A DNA stretch of 43,865 nucleotides from an archaeon (GCA_043797265.1 JAZDPV010000014.1:1-43865), one strand, 5' to 3'; counted from the first letter of the stretch, positions 1 to 9,344 are shown. Notes: generated by a model not told the origin, from the sequence alone. Translations and numbers: made by a program.

Positions 1-399
1 ACTGCTGCACTCCGTAGAGCTAGGAATAGTATCTCAGATTCCTTCTCGGGGCGACTCCGCTAAGAGCCCCTAACGATCATCGCCTTGGTAGGCAGTTACC
101 CCACCAACAAGCTAATCGTCCGCAGTCTCATCCTCAGGCTCGAGCAATTCACTTTTTCAAGAGATAAATAAAAGTATCTAGCGAAAATATAAATTGCGAG
201 AAATGTTTCAGGGTGGTCGCGTTCCAGCGACAAACCCCTATCAAGTATTAGCCTCAGTTTCCCGAGGGTATTCTTGACCTGAGGGTAGATTAACTACGTG
301 TTACTGAGCAGTTTGCTTTCCCATGATGAATCAAGGAAAAAACTTGCATGTCTAAACCCAAACCAAATAGCTGCATCCTCCAGCAGGATAAACTGGAAT
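1..399 (-). rRNA. rrs: 16S rRNA gene, 5' portion (continues beyond the left window edge); carries a ~60-nt extra hairpin in the helix-10/V2 region
   Basis: Reverse complement begins ATTCCAGTTTATCCTGCTGGAGG (archaeal 16S 5' end) and contains CATGCAAG, GGGAAACTG..GCTAATAC and CTGAGA..CTACGGAGTGCAGCAG. Confidence 0.97.
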
Positions 400-663
400 T
401 AAACAAATTTATGTAATCAACCGAAGTTGTACAAATCCTTGCTTCTCAAAGATTAAAGGTAACCTCTGAAAAATTGCTACTAATAAAATTAGCATCTAAC
501 TAAAATTAGAAAGATCGCTCCATTGCTTTAAGACATAACTAGAATGGTCATCATCACATCAGACCCAATCGTCCGACGCTCATTCTAGCCTCAAAATCAT
601 AAATTGAAGCCTTGGATATTATCTCCAAAGTTTTCATTTTGTAATACTACTGGCAAAAATCAG

Positions 664-671
664 TTTATAAA
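664..671 (-). promoter_or_regulatory. Putative TATA box of the rRNA promoter
   Basis: TTTATAAA lies about 265 nt upstream of the mature 16S 5' end, just after the P-type ATPase stop. Confidence 0.55.
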
Positions 672-693
672 TCTGTCGCAATTCTAAAAAAAT

Positions 694-3237
694 TCACCGA
701 CGATTAAAAAAAGATTTCCAAACCTTCATCCCCTCAAACACAACCAAGCTACTTAATCCAGCCAAAACACAAATTCCAAGTTGGCCAATCGAAAGTGGAA
801 CGAACCCAAACACATTCCCAAGCAAACTATAAATCGCCAGCAAATGTAATCCCGCCGAAATCAAGACGGCATAAATTAAATACTTGTTATTCAGAATCCC
901 AGTCTTAAACAAACTCTTATCCGACTTGCAGGAAAAAACAAAAAACCATTCAAAACAAATCGCCGTGCTAATCGCCATCGTCCTCGCCACATCAATTCCA
1001 AAATTTGTCCAACCATAATCAAAAACAAAAAGAGAAACAATAACCATTAAAACTCCGGCAACCAAAATAGACATCCAAATTCCAGACAATAATCCATTAG
1101 ACTTCGGACCTCTCTTCATGACATTCACGTCGGCGGGCTCAACAGCCAAAGCCAAACCCGGCAAAGAATCCGTAACCAAATTCATCCACAAAATCGCCAA
1201 CGGCAAAAATATCAATGGCAATCCAAACATCAACCCAAATATAACAACAAAAATCTCGCCAAGATTTGCTACCAACAAAAATTTAATAGACTTTTTTAGA
1301 TTATCAAAAATTCTACGGCCTTCGCGAACAGCCGAAATAATCGACGCAAAATTATCATCGAGCAAAACCACATCGGAAGAATCTCGCGCAACATCACTCC
1401 CGCGAATCCCCATGGCAATTCCAATATCGGCCCGCTTCAAAGCCAAAATATCATTAACTCCGTCACCAGTCACAGCCACCGTCTCATTCTGCCTTTTCAA
1501 AATTTCAACAATCTTCAATTTTTGCTCTGGCGTCGCCCTTGCAAAAATAGTTTTAGTCTTGACAACCTCATACCATTTATCATCTGTCAACCTGTCAAGT
1601 TCTTCTCCCTCGATAATCTCGCCTCTTAGCCCAATCTTTTTAGCAACCGCCTTTGTCGTCAAAGCCGAATCCCCGGTAATAATTTTAACCTTAATTCCGG
1701 CGCTAATCGCCTCACGAATCGCCTCAGCAACTTCCTTCCTCGGCAAATCAATCATCCCAACAAACCCGGCGAATATCAATCGATTCTCGGCCTCTTCCTG
1801 TGACACTTTAACAATCTGCTTAAACCCAAGCCCAAGCACCCTCAACCCAGAACTCTCCATTTCTCTCGAAACTTTCACCAACTCTTTTTTTCTCGTCGCT
1901 GTCATCAACTTAACTTTCCCATTCACCAACTCACGACTACATCGAGCCAAAACAAACAACGGCGCCCCCTTCACATAACTCGTATTTATTTTACCATCAG
2001 CCCGCACAACCGACATCATTTTTCTCTCAGAATCAAACGGAAATTCTTTGACCTTAACATTCTCCTCAGTCAACTCCTTCTTATTCAGCCCAAACTTCTT
2101 CGCAATCTTAATCAACGCAACTTCCGTCGGGTCCCCAAGAATATCATCCTCTTCATCTCTCGCATTATTACACAACGTTCCAATTTTCAAAACCATCTTC
2201 TTATCTTTCTCCAAAGCATAAATTTTATCTACGCTGAGTTTCTCTTCAGTAAGCGTTCCTGTCTTGTCCGTGCAAATCACCGTCGCCCGCCCCAAAGTTT
2301 CAGCCGCCGGCAATCGTCGAATTAAAGTATTGACCTTATACATTTTCTTAATTGAAACAGCCAGAGTAATCGCAATAACAGCGGGCAGCCCCTCGGGAAT
2401 CCCGGCAATAGCCAAGCTCACAGAAACCAAAAACATCTCAATCATTTCAATTCCGACAGAAACACCAACAACAAAAGCAAACGCAACCAAAAATAAAATC
2501 ACAATAGAAATATTCCGCGAAAAAATATCAATCTTTTTTTCCAGAGGCATCTTCTCATCCTCTGTAGTTTGAACCAAATCAGCCAGTTTCCCAAACTCAG
2601 TTCTATGCCCCGTTTCAACAACAACCGCCGTCACATTTCCTCGGACAACCGCCGTCCCGGCATAAAGCATATTTTTTCTATTCGCCAGAACAACATTCTT
2701 TCCCAAAACTCCGGCAATCTTGTCAACAGGAAAACTCTCCCCGCTCAAAACAGCCTCGTTAACTTGCAAATTCTCCATCTCCAAAATCCTGCAATCAGCC
2801 AAAATTTGCCTCCCCGCCTCAAACAAAACTATATCCCCGGGCACAAGAAATTTAGAATCAATTTCTTTTCTGGCCCCATCTCTCAAAACCATAACTTTAT
2901 ATCTCAAACTCCGTCGCAGTTTCTCAATAATTTCCTCTGCCTTATATTCCTGCACAAATCCAATCACCGCATTCAAAATAACAATAACCCCAATCACACC
3001 GGCATCAATCCAATGCTCCGTCACTCCCGACAAAATCATCGCAACAATCAAAATATAAATCAGCAACGAATTAAATTGCCTCAACAAAAGTCCCAGTCGG
3101 CTTTTTTTCTTATGTTCCCGAATCACATTTTTCCCAAACCGCGCAAATCTTTTTTGCACCTCGCCATTATTCAATCCCATCTCAGAACCCCCGACATTTC
3201 TCAAAACCTCTTTCGACGACAACGCATGCCAATCCAT
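694..3237 (-). CDS. Type II P-type cation-transporting ATPase (Ca2+-ATPase-like)
   Basis: DKTGTLT phosphorylation motif, PEGL, SGES (TGES variant), KGAP, TGD, GDGVND and multiple TM segments. Confidence 0.95.
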   Translation of the reverse strand: MDWHALSSKEVLRNVGGSEMGLNNGEVQKRFARFGKNVIREHKKKSRLGLLLRQFNSLLIYILIVAMILSGVTEHWIDAGVIGVIVILNAVIGFVQEYKAEEIIEKLRRSLRYKVMVLRDGARKEIDSKFLVPGDIVLFEAGRQILADCRILEMENLQVNEAVLSGESFPVDKIAGVLGKNVVLANRKNMLYAGTAVVRGNVTAVVVETGHRTEFGKLADLVQTTEDEKMPLEKKIDIFSRNISIVILFLVAFAFVVGVSVGIEMIEMFLVSVSLAIAGIPEGLPAVIAITLAVSIKKMYKVNTLIRRLPAAETLGRATVICTDKTGTLTEEKLSVDKIYALEKDKKMVLKIGTLCNNARDEEDDILGDPTEVALIKIAKKFGLNKKELTEENVKVKEFPFDSERKMMSVVRADGKINTSYVKGAPLFVLARCSRELVNGKVKLMTATRKKELVKVSREMESSGLRVLGLGFKQIVKVSQEEAENRLIFAGFVGMIDLPRKEVAEAIREAISAGIKVKIITGDSALTTKAVAKKIGLRGEIIEGEELDRLTDDKWYEVVKTKTIFARATPEQKLKIVEILKRQNETVAVTGDGVNDILALKRADIGIAMGIRGSDVARDSSDVVLLDDNFASIISAVREGRRIFDNLKKSIKFLLVANLGEIFVVIFGLMFGLPLIFLPLAILWMNLVTDSLPGLALAVEPADVNVMKRGPKSNGLLSGIWMSILVAGVLMVIVSLFVFDYGWTNFGIDVARTMAISTAICFEWFFVFSCKSDKSLFKTGILNNKYLIYAVLISAGLHLLAIYSLLGNVFGFVPLSIGQLGICVLAGLSSLVVFEGMKVWKSFFNRR

Positions 3238-3271
3238 AAAACATTAAACAAAAACAGAATTATAAAGTTAC

Positions 3272-4120
3272 CTAAACTCCTTCCTCAACTTCTTCTCCAA
3301 CCGAAATACTTTCCTCTTCTTCATCCTTCCTGTTTAACACCGACTTCGCTTCCTCATCCGCCTTCTCAGCCAACTCCCTCATCTTCTCTTCAATCGCGCT
3401 CTCCCCACTCTTCAACTCTCTCTCCTTCTTCTCCCTCGCCAGCTTCTTCTTTCTCGGCTCTTCCAAAACCAATTCTTCCCCGACAAAATCTTCCAGCGAC
3501 GGCAACGGCTTGTCAATTTTATGCGCCTTCATATACTCCCTCGCCATCAACCAAAAAAACAATCCCATCGACTTGTTCGACTTATTATTCCCAATCATCA
3601 CGACGTCAACATTCACAGTATGATTATTAGTATCACAAATCGCCGCCACCGGAATCCTAATATTTTTCGCATCCGCCAGCGCGTTCTTGTCCATCCATGG
3701 GTCGCAAATCATAATCATCTTCGTCTCGATAAAATTATCTAAAATAGTATTAGTCAAAATACCGCTCGGATATTTCTTCGTGAAAATTCTAACTCCAGTC
3801 AACTCCGCAAACATCTTCACCGCTCTCCATCCCGCCTCTCTCTTGCAAACCAAAGTCCAATCCTCCGGCTTAAATTGCTTCACGAAATCAATCCCGTCCG
3901 CCAGCTTCTTGTCAACCAACAAAGTATTTAAAATCGCCAACCCGTCCAATCTCCGTCGGTAAACATACTTCCTCATCGTCGGCGTGATAACTTTCGTCCC
4001 CAAATAAGCCGCCGTCTTGATATAATCTTCAAGCGACGTCAAAATCGTCTGGTCGTCCTTCTTCTCCTTCTCCAAACTACCATCCTCAACTTTCTCGACA
4101 ATTTCCTTTTCTTCTGCCAT
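3272..4120 (-). CDS. rps2: 30S ribosomal protein uS2 with a charged C-terminal extension
   Basis: MRKYVYRRR.DGL, DP..D..A..DA...IPV.AICDTNN and GNNK motifs; follows enolase as in the conserved archaeal cluster. Confidence 0.95.
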   Translation of the reverse strand: MAEEKEIVEKVEDGSLEKEKKDDQTILTSLEDYIKTAAYLGTKVITPTMRKYVYRRRLDGLAILNTLLVDKKLADGIDFVKQFKPEDWTLVCKREAGWRAVKMFAELTGVRIFTKKYPSGILTNTILDNFIETKMIMICDPWMDKNALADAKNIRIPVAAICDTNNHTVNVDVVMIGNNKSNKSMGLFFWLMAREYMKAHKIDKPLPSLEDFVGEELVLEEPRKKKLAREKKERELKSGESAIEEKMRELAEKADEEAKSVLNRKDEEEESISVGEEVEEGV

Positions 4121-4221
4121 AATATTTATAATTCTGCTCGGGAGTAAACGCTACTACTTGTCTCCAAGCCCCGCACCCGACCAATAACAAAAAAGAGAAA
4201 TCCGACTTTAAAAACTTATCC

Positions 4222-4413
4222 TCATACTCCCAAGAATTTAAGCAATCCATGAACCACAATCGCCGGCCAGACAATCGATTTCAAGATTCCCAAAACTCCC
4301 ATCCAAAACCCAGTTGCCGTCGACAAATAGTAAATTACAGAACCAATAAAACCCAGTCCATAAACCGCTCCGCACGAACCACATCCGCAAATTTCTTTCG
4401 CTTTCTTTTTCAT
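4222..4413 (-). CDS. Small two-TM membrane protein, conserved hypothetical
   Basis: GAVYGLGFIG..YY...ATGFWMGVLGILK.IVWP hydrophobic pattern; GGAGG-type SD upstream. Confidence 0.75.
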   Translation of the reverse strand: MKKKAKEICGCGSCGAVYGLGFIGSVIYYLSTATGFWMGVLGILKSIVWPAIVVHGLLKFLGV

Positions 4414-4439
4414 TTTTCCTCCCTCCTTTTATTTCCCTG

Positions 4440-4478
4440 CAAGCGCGGACGAACCGCGCAACAAACACTACCACCTAC
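4440..4478 (-). repeat. 39-bp post-stop hairpin element, copy 1 (abuts the eno TGA)
   Basis: 34/39 identical to 11482-11520; stem GCGCGG/CCGCGC. Confidence 0.8.
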
Positions 4479-5678
4479 TCACTTCAAACTTCGTTCAATT
4501 TCAATAACTCTGCGAAGTTTAATAAGTCTTTCCTTTCCCCAAATTCCACACTTAATAAATTGCCCCCCAAAACCGACGCAATAATCCGCCAAAATATCAT
4601 CCATCGTCTCCCCGCTCCGATGCGAAAAAATCATCACAATCTTGTTCTTCTTGCAAAACTCAACAACTCTCTTAACCTCCAAAATCGAACCAATCTGATT
4701 CGGCTTCACAATCATCGCATTAATAACTTTCCCCTCAACCGCCCGCCGAACCAACTTTAAATTCGTCGTCGTCAAATCATCCCCGACAACCAAAACATTT
4801 TTACCAATATTATTCACAATTTCTTTGAAACCCGAAAAATCTCCTTCGTTCATCCCATCCTCAACATAAAAAATCCCAAACTTCTTCACTAATCTCTCAA
4901 TATAATCCGCTTGATCAACCTTGTCCCGAATCAAATTCTTGTTCTTGTACATATAATACCCTTTATCATAAAAAGTCGACGCCGCAACATCAACTCCAAT
5001 TCGAACGCCAAATTTTTTTCCAAGTTTCTGCAAAATTTCTAAAACTTCCTCATTAGTTTTTTTTGTCATCCACGCCCCTTCATCATCTTTCTTTCCTATT
5101 CCCAGCAATTTCCTCGCAAACTCATAAGCCCTCAAATTCAAAGTCACCGCTCGCGCAAAACTTTTCTCTTTCGGAATTAATAAAAATTCCTGAAAATCCG
5201 GACGCTTCCCGTCGACAAATCTCGAATGCAATCCCCCGCCAATACAATTCCCAACCGGCATCGGCATCTTTGGCTTCAACCCGCCATTAACATCGTCGTT
5301 GATAAATTCCCACAATTCCTTTTTCCTCCACGCCGCCGCCGCCTTCAAAAAAACTCCCTCGACGATATAATTAACATTCCCACCAAATTTTCCGTGCCTC
5401 GCCTCGAACTTCCGCATCAACCCGACGACCTCCTTCAAGTCATCAACTTCCTTAATCATAAAATTCCGATGCTTCAAACTCCGGCAAAAAACTTTCAACA
5501 TCTTAAAACTATGTCCAATCCCTTTCGAACTCCACGGCTCAACCTCACTCCGCCCCCGCGACTTTCCCGTCGGCGCCGAACATTTAAAATTCCCCTCGTA
5601 ACTATCCAACTCAATCTCAATCGTCCTCTCGCCCCGCGAATCCCGAATCAATCTCGGCACAACCTCTCTAACAAACAT
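4479..5678 (-). CDS. eno: Enolase (divergent)
   Basis: DSRG, GG.H, DFQEF, DEG, GVDVAAS, VGDDL, KPNQIG, SHRSGET and IKCG motifs; rpoK-eno-rps2 synteny. Confidence 0.93.
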   Translation of the reverse strand: MFVREVVPRLIRDSRGERTIEIELDSYEGNFKCSAPTGKSRGRSEVEPWSSKGIGHSFKMLKVFCRSLKHRNFMIKEVDDLKEVVGLMRKFEARHGKFGGNVNYIVEGVFLKAAAAWRKKELWEFINDDVNGGLKPKMPMPVGNCIGGGLHSRFVDGKRPDFQEFLLIPKEKSFARAVTLNLRAYEFARKLLGIGKKDDEGAWMTKKTNEEVLEILQKLGKKFGVRIGVDVAASTFYDKGYYMYKNKNLIRDKVDQADYIERLVKKFGIFYVEDGMNEGDFSGFKEIVNNIGKNVLVVGDDLTTTNLKLVRRAVEGKVINAMIVKPNQIGSILEVKRVVEFCKKNKIVMIFSHRSGETMDDILADYCVGFGGQFIKCGIWGKERLIKLRRVIEIERSLK

Positions 5679-5726
5679 ATTAACAAAAGTAAAAGAACAT
5701 TAATAAAACTTTTCAAATCCGAATAA

Positions 5727-6092
5727 TTATTCAGCATCTTTCTTATTCAAAAATCTAATCACTCCAAACAACATTTTCCCTATCTCGTCCAACTCTTTCA
5801 TCAAAGAATTCTTTTTCTCGACGGTAATATACCCATTTCTAAAAGCCAGCATCAATTGATTCTCAAGTTCCTTCACGCTCCCAATAGAATTATGAAGATA
5901 AGAAATATAATCCTTTCTCGTCCGCTTCCCGCATCCCTCGGCAATATTAGAACTTATACTCTCCGCCGACCTCCTCATCTGATCACCCAAAGCATAAACC
6001 TCGAACTTCGGAAACCCCATCGTAATCTTCAAAACTTCTTCATACAAATCAACCGCCCGTCGCCAAACCTTCAACTTCTTATAATCATACAT
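5727..6092 (-). CDS. Four helix bundle protein (23S rRNA IVP / Avd-like family)
   Basis: Y..L.VW, FP..E.Y.L..Q.RRSA.SI.SNIAEG.G and GS..E...QL family signature. Confidence 0.92.
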   Translation of the reverse strand: MYDYKKLKVWRRAVDLYEEVLKITMGFPKFEVYALGDQMRRSAESISSNIAEGCGKRTRKDYISYLHNSIGSVKELENQLMLAFRNGYITVEKKNSLMKELDEIGKMLFGVIRFLNKKDAE

Positions 6093-6139
6093 ATCACAAC
6101 ATCACATACAAACTATAAAAATCTAACCCAGCCCACCCC

Positions 6140-6266
6140 CGCGGACGGCAAAGCCGTCCTACTTCCAACAAAACCAAAGTTTTTGCGGACTTCCAGAAAA
6201 AATCCTTGATTTTTTCGAACTTCCAGCATCGACAAAGTCGATGCGAACTTCCAGCGAAGCGGACTA
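6140..6266. repeat. 127-bp five-hairpin array, copy 1 (includes the rpoK TAG)
   Basis: Five triloop hairpins separated by (G/T)(A/G)ACTTCCA-type linkers; 121/127 identical to 12327-12453. Confidence 0.92.
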
Positions 6267-6659
6267 CTCAGCGTCCTCAACTTTCTCTTCGCTAATCGCC
6301 TCATCATTCTCGGACTCCTCTCCAGAATCAGCCAGCTCCATCATCTCCCCGCCCTCAGAAATATCCCTCTCTTCTTCCCTCTCCGTCCGAATTTTCTCAG
6401 CATCAGAAACCACGCTCTCCTCAATCTTAATCTTCTCAATATTCTCCTCGCTCCGTGCCGGCATCGGCCTATTAACAGAAATCGGCAAGACTCCCGAATC
6501 TAATTCCTTCTCCGCAATTCTCAACGGGTCATAATTAACACCTTCCAGCTCCTCCTCATCTATATCAATCAGCAACGGCGCATCCATCGAAATCTGCAAC
6601 CCTCTCGCCCCGATTATCCGCGCTCTTTCATACTTCGAAAATTCCTGCTTCTCAACCAT
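6264..6659 (-). CDS. rpoK: RNA polymerase subunit K (Rpo6) with acidic tail
   Basis: FSKYERARIIGARGLQISMDAP and P..IA.KEL..G.LPI.V.R. Confidence 0.95.
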   Translation of the reverse strand: MVEKQEFSKYERARIIGARGLQISMDAPLLIDIDEEELEGVNYDPLRIAEKELDSGVLPISVNRPMPARSEENIEKIKIEESVVSDAEKIRTEREEERDISEGGEMMELADSGEESENDEAISEEKVEDAE

Positions 6660-7020
6660 TTACGCCAGCACACTCCCCGCTCCTCTCACGCCGTTTATAA
6701 TTCGCTATATAATAAATATCCATCGGAGTCAAACTCTCAAGAATTTCCTCCCATGACGAAACCGACATTAAAGAAAAACGATAACCATAAGAAGGATCAT
6801 TAGAAAATTTTCCGACTTCCACTAATATTTTCCTCCCTCTTTCACTAATTCCACCACCAGAAAAATCCCACGCATCATACGCCCCTAATCTAAACATAAT
6901 ATCCACAAAATCAATTCTCTTAACTCCAAGGGCCTCAAGTAGCACCTCACTATCAATCTCAACATCACCCTCTAATCCTAAAGATCCCCTTATAGCATCT
7001 CTTACTTCTTCAATATTCAT
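6652..7020 (-). CDS. Hypothetical protein with an acyl-carrier-protein-like pattern lacking the attachment serine
   Basis: L.E.LGVKRIDFVDIMFRL resembles LG.DSLD..; overlaps the rrp42 stop and the rpoK start. Confidence 0.6.
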   Translation of the reverse strand: MNIEEVRDAIRGSLGLEGDVEIDSEVLLEALGVKRIDFVDIMFRLGAYDAWDFSGGGISERGRKILVEVGKFSNDPSYGYRFSLMSVSSWEEILESLTPMDIYYIANYKRRERSGECAGVNG

Positions 7021-7841
7021 TTGCCAAACACATATTCCTTAACTTTAGGGAACAGTTCCGCCCATTTATCTTCAATCATCTTTAAAATATTTTCCATGTC
7101 CCCGGCACTAATAGTTCCGGCCTTTCCTTTTTGCATCGCGGTAATCCTCGGCTCGCCGTCATTATCCCCTACAGCGACGCTAAGTCTAAAGTCAGAAATA
7201 AGTTCCTCATCTCCCTCAACATCAGCAACAATAACATCGCCAATCTTGTGAAACGTCATATTAAATGATAAAGCATCCTTGTCTAAAGGAATAGAATTTT
7301 TACTAAAACCCTTTTCAACAAGTCCTGTCTCAGAATTATAAATTGGCATTTTCGCACTCCCGATAGCAATTAGGGCCGCAAGTCCCGCAACATCCAGCAA
7401 ATTCCCGTCGTCATTAATCGCGACAATATCAACAAAAACCTGCCAAACCTTCTCCCCTTTCTTGATGCACAACTTCTTGAAATCAATCAACCCACTCTTG
7501 CGAATTCCCCTGTCGATAACTCTCGCCAACTCAACAGATTCAATCCCCGGTCTGCCAATATCAAACTCATTCGAAGCCATCGGGTGCAACTCAGCGCTCG
7601 TCATGAAAGTCCCTTCATCGGGCGAATCAGGATACGGAATAGCCAAAGCCAAATGGACTCCGGCATAAACTTCAGTCCTCCCAAATCTAACTCTCACGCT
7701 CGAAGCCGCATTCTTGCTAATCCCTTTCTCGACGACAATTTCACGATAATCTCTAATTCCCCGCCCATCCAACCTCTTCCCCTCGCCCAAACACTCAATA
7801 ATCTTTTCCCTCTGCAAATTCGGCATAACGTAATCACCCAT
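7017..7841 (-). CDS. rrp42: Exosome complex component Rrp42 (start reassigned to ATG 7841)
   Basis: GKRLDGR...YR, PYPDSPDEG, ELARVIDRGIR, NDDGNL.D; GGAGG SD upstream of 7841. Confidence 0.94.
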   Translation of the reverse strand: MGDYVMPNLQREKIIECLGEGKRLDGRGIRDYREIVVEKGISKNAASSVRVRFGRTEVYAGVHLALAIPYPDSPDEGTFMTSAELHPMASNEFDIGRPGIESVELARVIDRGIRKSGLIDFKKLCIKKGEKVWQVFVDIVAINDDGNLLDVAGLAALIAIGSAKMPIYNSETGLVEKGFSKNSIPLDKDALSFNMTFHKIGDVIVADVEGDEELISDFRLSVAVGDNDGEPRITAMQKGKAGTISAGDMENILKMIEDKWAELFPKVKEYVFGK

Positions 7842-8586
7842 CTTCCTTCCTCCCAAATTTTCGATTTTCAATTTCCGACATCTCGCGAAGCGCATCAACC
7901 TGAACTTTCAAAACATCCTCGCACGCTTTCTTCCCCATCTCAATAACTTTCATCAACTCATCAGGCGAAATCTTCCCATCCAGTTGCAACAACGCAATCC
8001 CTTTATTCCTCGACGTCACAGCCAACGGAATATCAGTCGAACCCTCGCCTTCTTTAAAATCTTCCTCTTCCTTGTTCACATCAACAACCAGCGTCTTGTC
8101 AATTTTCCCGACGGCAATCGCTGAAATCATTTCTCTCATCGGAATCCCGGCATGAGCCAAAGCAATCGCCGCCGCGTTCAAACCGGCAACCCGCGTCCCA
8201 GCATCCGCTTTCGGAATCTGAATGAAGACATCAACAACAGTATTCGGGAACCCGCTCAAATCAATGACAGAACTCAACGCCCACTCAACAACTTTCGAAA
8301 TCTCCTCACTCCTTCTCGACGGCCCCGGTCTAATCCTGTCGCTCACCGAAAACGGCATCATCCCGTAATTAACTCTCAATATCCCGGTTTTCGGGTCCTG
8401 CATATGTTGTGGATGCAAAGTCCTCGGCCCACGCACGACCGCAATCGCTTTCGTCCCCCCGGTTTCGAAACTCGCCGAACCATCCGCCGACGGCACAATT
8501 CCAATCTCGGCAATCATCGGCCGAACTTCATCAACTTTCCGCCCATCAACTCGCTTTGTATACAAACTTTTTTTAGCTACCATCAT
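7834..8586 (-). CDS. rrp41: Exosome complex exonuclease Rrp41
   Basis: RVDGRK.DE.R, ADGSA, GPR, PFSV.DR.RPGPSRR and DAGTR phosphate-binding motif. Confidence 0.95.
   Translation of the reverse strand: MMVAKKSLYTKRVDGRKVDEVRPMIAEIGIVPSADGSASFETGGTKAIAVVRGPRTLHPQHMQDPKTGILRVNYGMMPFSVSDRIRPGPSRRSEEISKVVEWALSSVIDLSGFPNTVVDVFIQIPKADAGTRVAGLNAAAIALAHAGIPMREMISAIAVGKIDKTLVVDVNKEEEDFKEGEGSTDIPLAVTSRNKGIALLQLDGKISPDELMKVIEMGKKACEDVLKVQVDALREMSEIENRKFGRKEDG
7851..7892. repeat. Heptamer tandem repeat plus CGC-GAA-GCG minihairpin inside the rrp41 3' end
   Basis: ttttcga-ttttcaa-tttccga followed by cgcgaagcg; encodes ALREMSEIENRK. Confidence 0.6.
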
Positions 8587-9344
8587 TCCTCACCCTCGTC
8601 GGTGTTTTCCGCAATAATCTCAACTTCTTCCGACTTCCGACTTCCGACTTCCGACTCGCGAAGCGACAATCCCATTTCGCCAATAAACTTCTCAACTCTC
8701 TCCGTCAACCCATTCGTCGTCACATTATCAGCAATCAACTCAATAATCTTCTTCGCTGCAATCTCACTATCGGTGTTGTGTCCCGAAATCCAAATTTTCC
8801 CGTTCTGCCCGACGGTAATCTCGCACCCAGTCGCGTTCTTGATAATTTTAACCATGCTCCCCTCTTTCCCAATCACACGCGGAACCTGATTCGCCCCAAT
8901 CGAAACAATCATCCCGCCCTCGATTTTCCCAAACCCTCTCATCTTCATCGATACATCAACCCCACGCGATTTTACATCCCAAACTTTTACAATCACGCTC
9001 TCCCCAAAATCCAAAAATTCCCTCATTTCATTCTTGTTAATATATCTCGGCACTTCAGCCACCGGCAAAAACGCGTTCTGCGCCCCGCCAAAATCAATCA
9101 ACCATCCGTTAAAAGTAATATCAACAATCGTCCCAATAATTGTGTTCCCGCGCCGAGGATAATACGCCCCCGAAATCGGCACAACCCGAACGTGTTTTTC
9201 GGAAACATTCATAATCCCATAACGTCCCGCAACAACATCGGCCCCATCGCGATAAGCGCCATCGCCAGGCAGAAATTCATTTCCCGAGACTATCGTCTCT
9301 CCCGGAATTACTATTTGTCTTCTTTCCTTAACCATTTTATTCAT
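8583..9344 (-). CDS. rrp4: Exosome complex RNA-binding protein Rrp4 (S1+KH)
   Basis: IVIPGE, YYPRRG..IIG, VPRVIGKEGSM and VGQNGKIWI. Confidence 0.95.
   Translation of the reverse strand: MNKMVKERRQIVIPGETIVSGNEFLPGDGAYRDGADVVAGRYGIMNVSEKHVRVVPISGAYYPRRGNTIIGTIVDITFNGWLIDFGGAQNAFLPVAEVPRYINKNEMREFLDFGESVIVKVWDVKSRGVDVSMKMRGFGKIEGGMIVSIGANQVPRVIGKEGSMVKIIKNATGCEITVGQNGKIWISGHNTDSEIAAKKIIELIADNVTTNGLTERVEKFIGEMGLSLRESEVGSRKSEEVEIIAENTDEGEE
8627..8666. repeat. (CTTCCGA)x4 plus TCGC-GAA-GCGA hairpin inside the rrp4 C-terminus
   Basis: Perfect 7-bp tandem repeat read directly; encodes SLRESEVGSRKSE. Confidence 0.9.

Noticed and set aside
2730-2750. SGES instead of TGES in the P-type ATPase
   Set aside because: Conservative change with the catalytic Glu retained; not evidence of inactivation
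5727-6092. Complete diversity-generating retroelement
   Set aside because: An Avd-like gene and hairpins are present, but there is no reverse transcriptase and no TR/VR pair with adenine-specific mismatches in the window
6140-6266. Possible mini-CRISPR array (also 25578-25667)
   Set aside because: Constant parts are only 7-9 nt, the variable parts are palindromes, and no cas genes are present
6113-6307. 64-aa ORF and its near-identical twin at 12294-12524
   Set aside because: Both are translations of the duplicated hairpin cassette and overlap real genes; not treated as proteins
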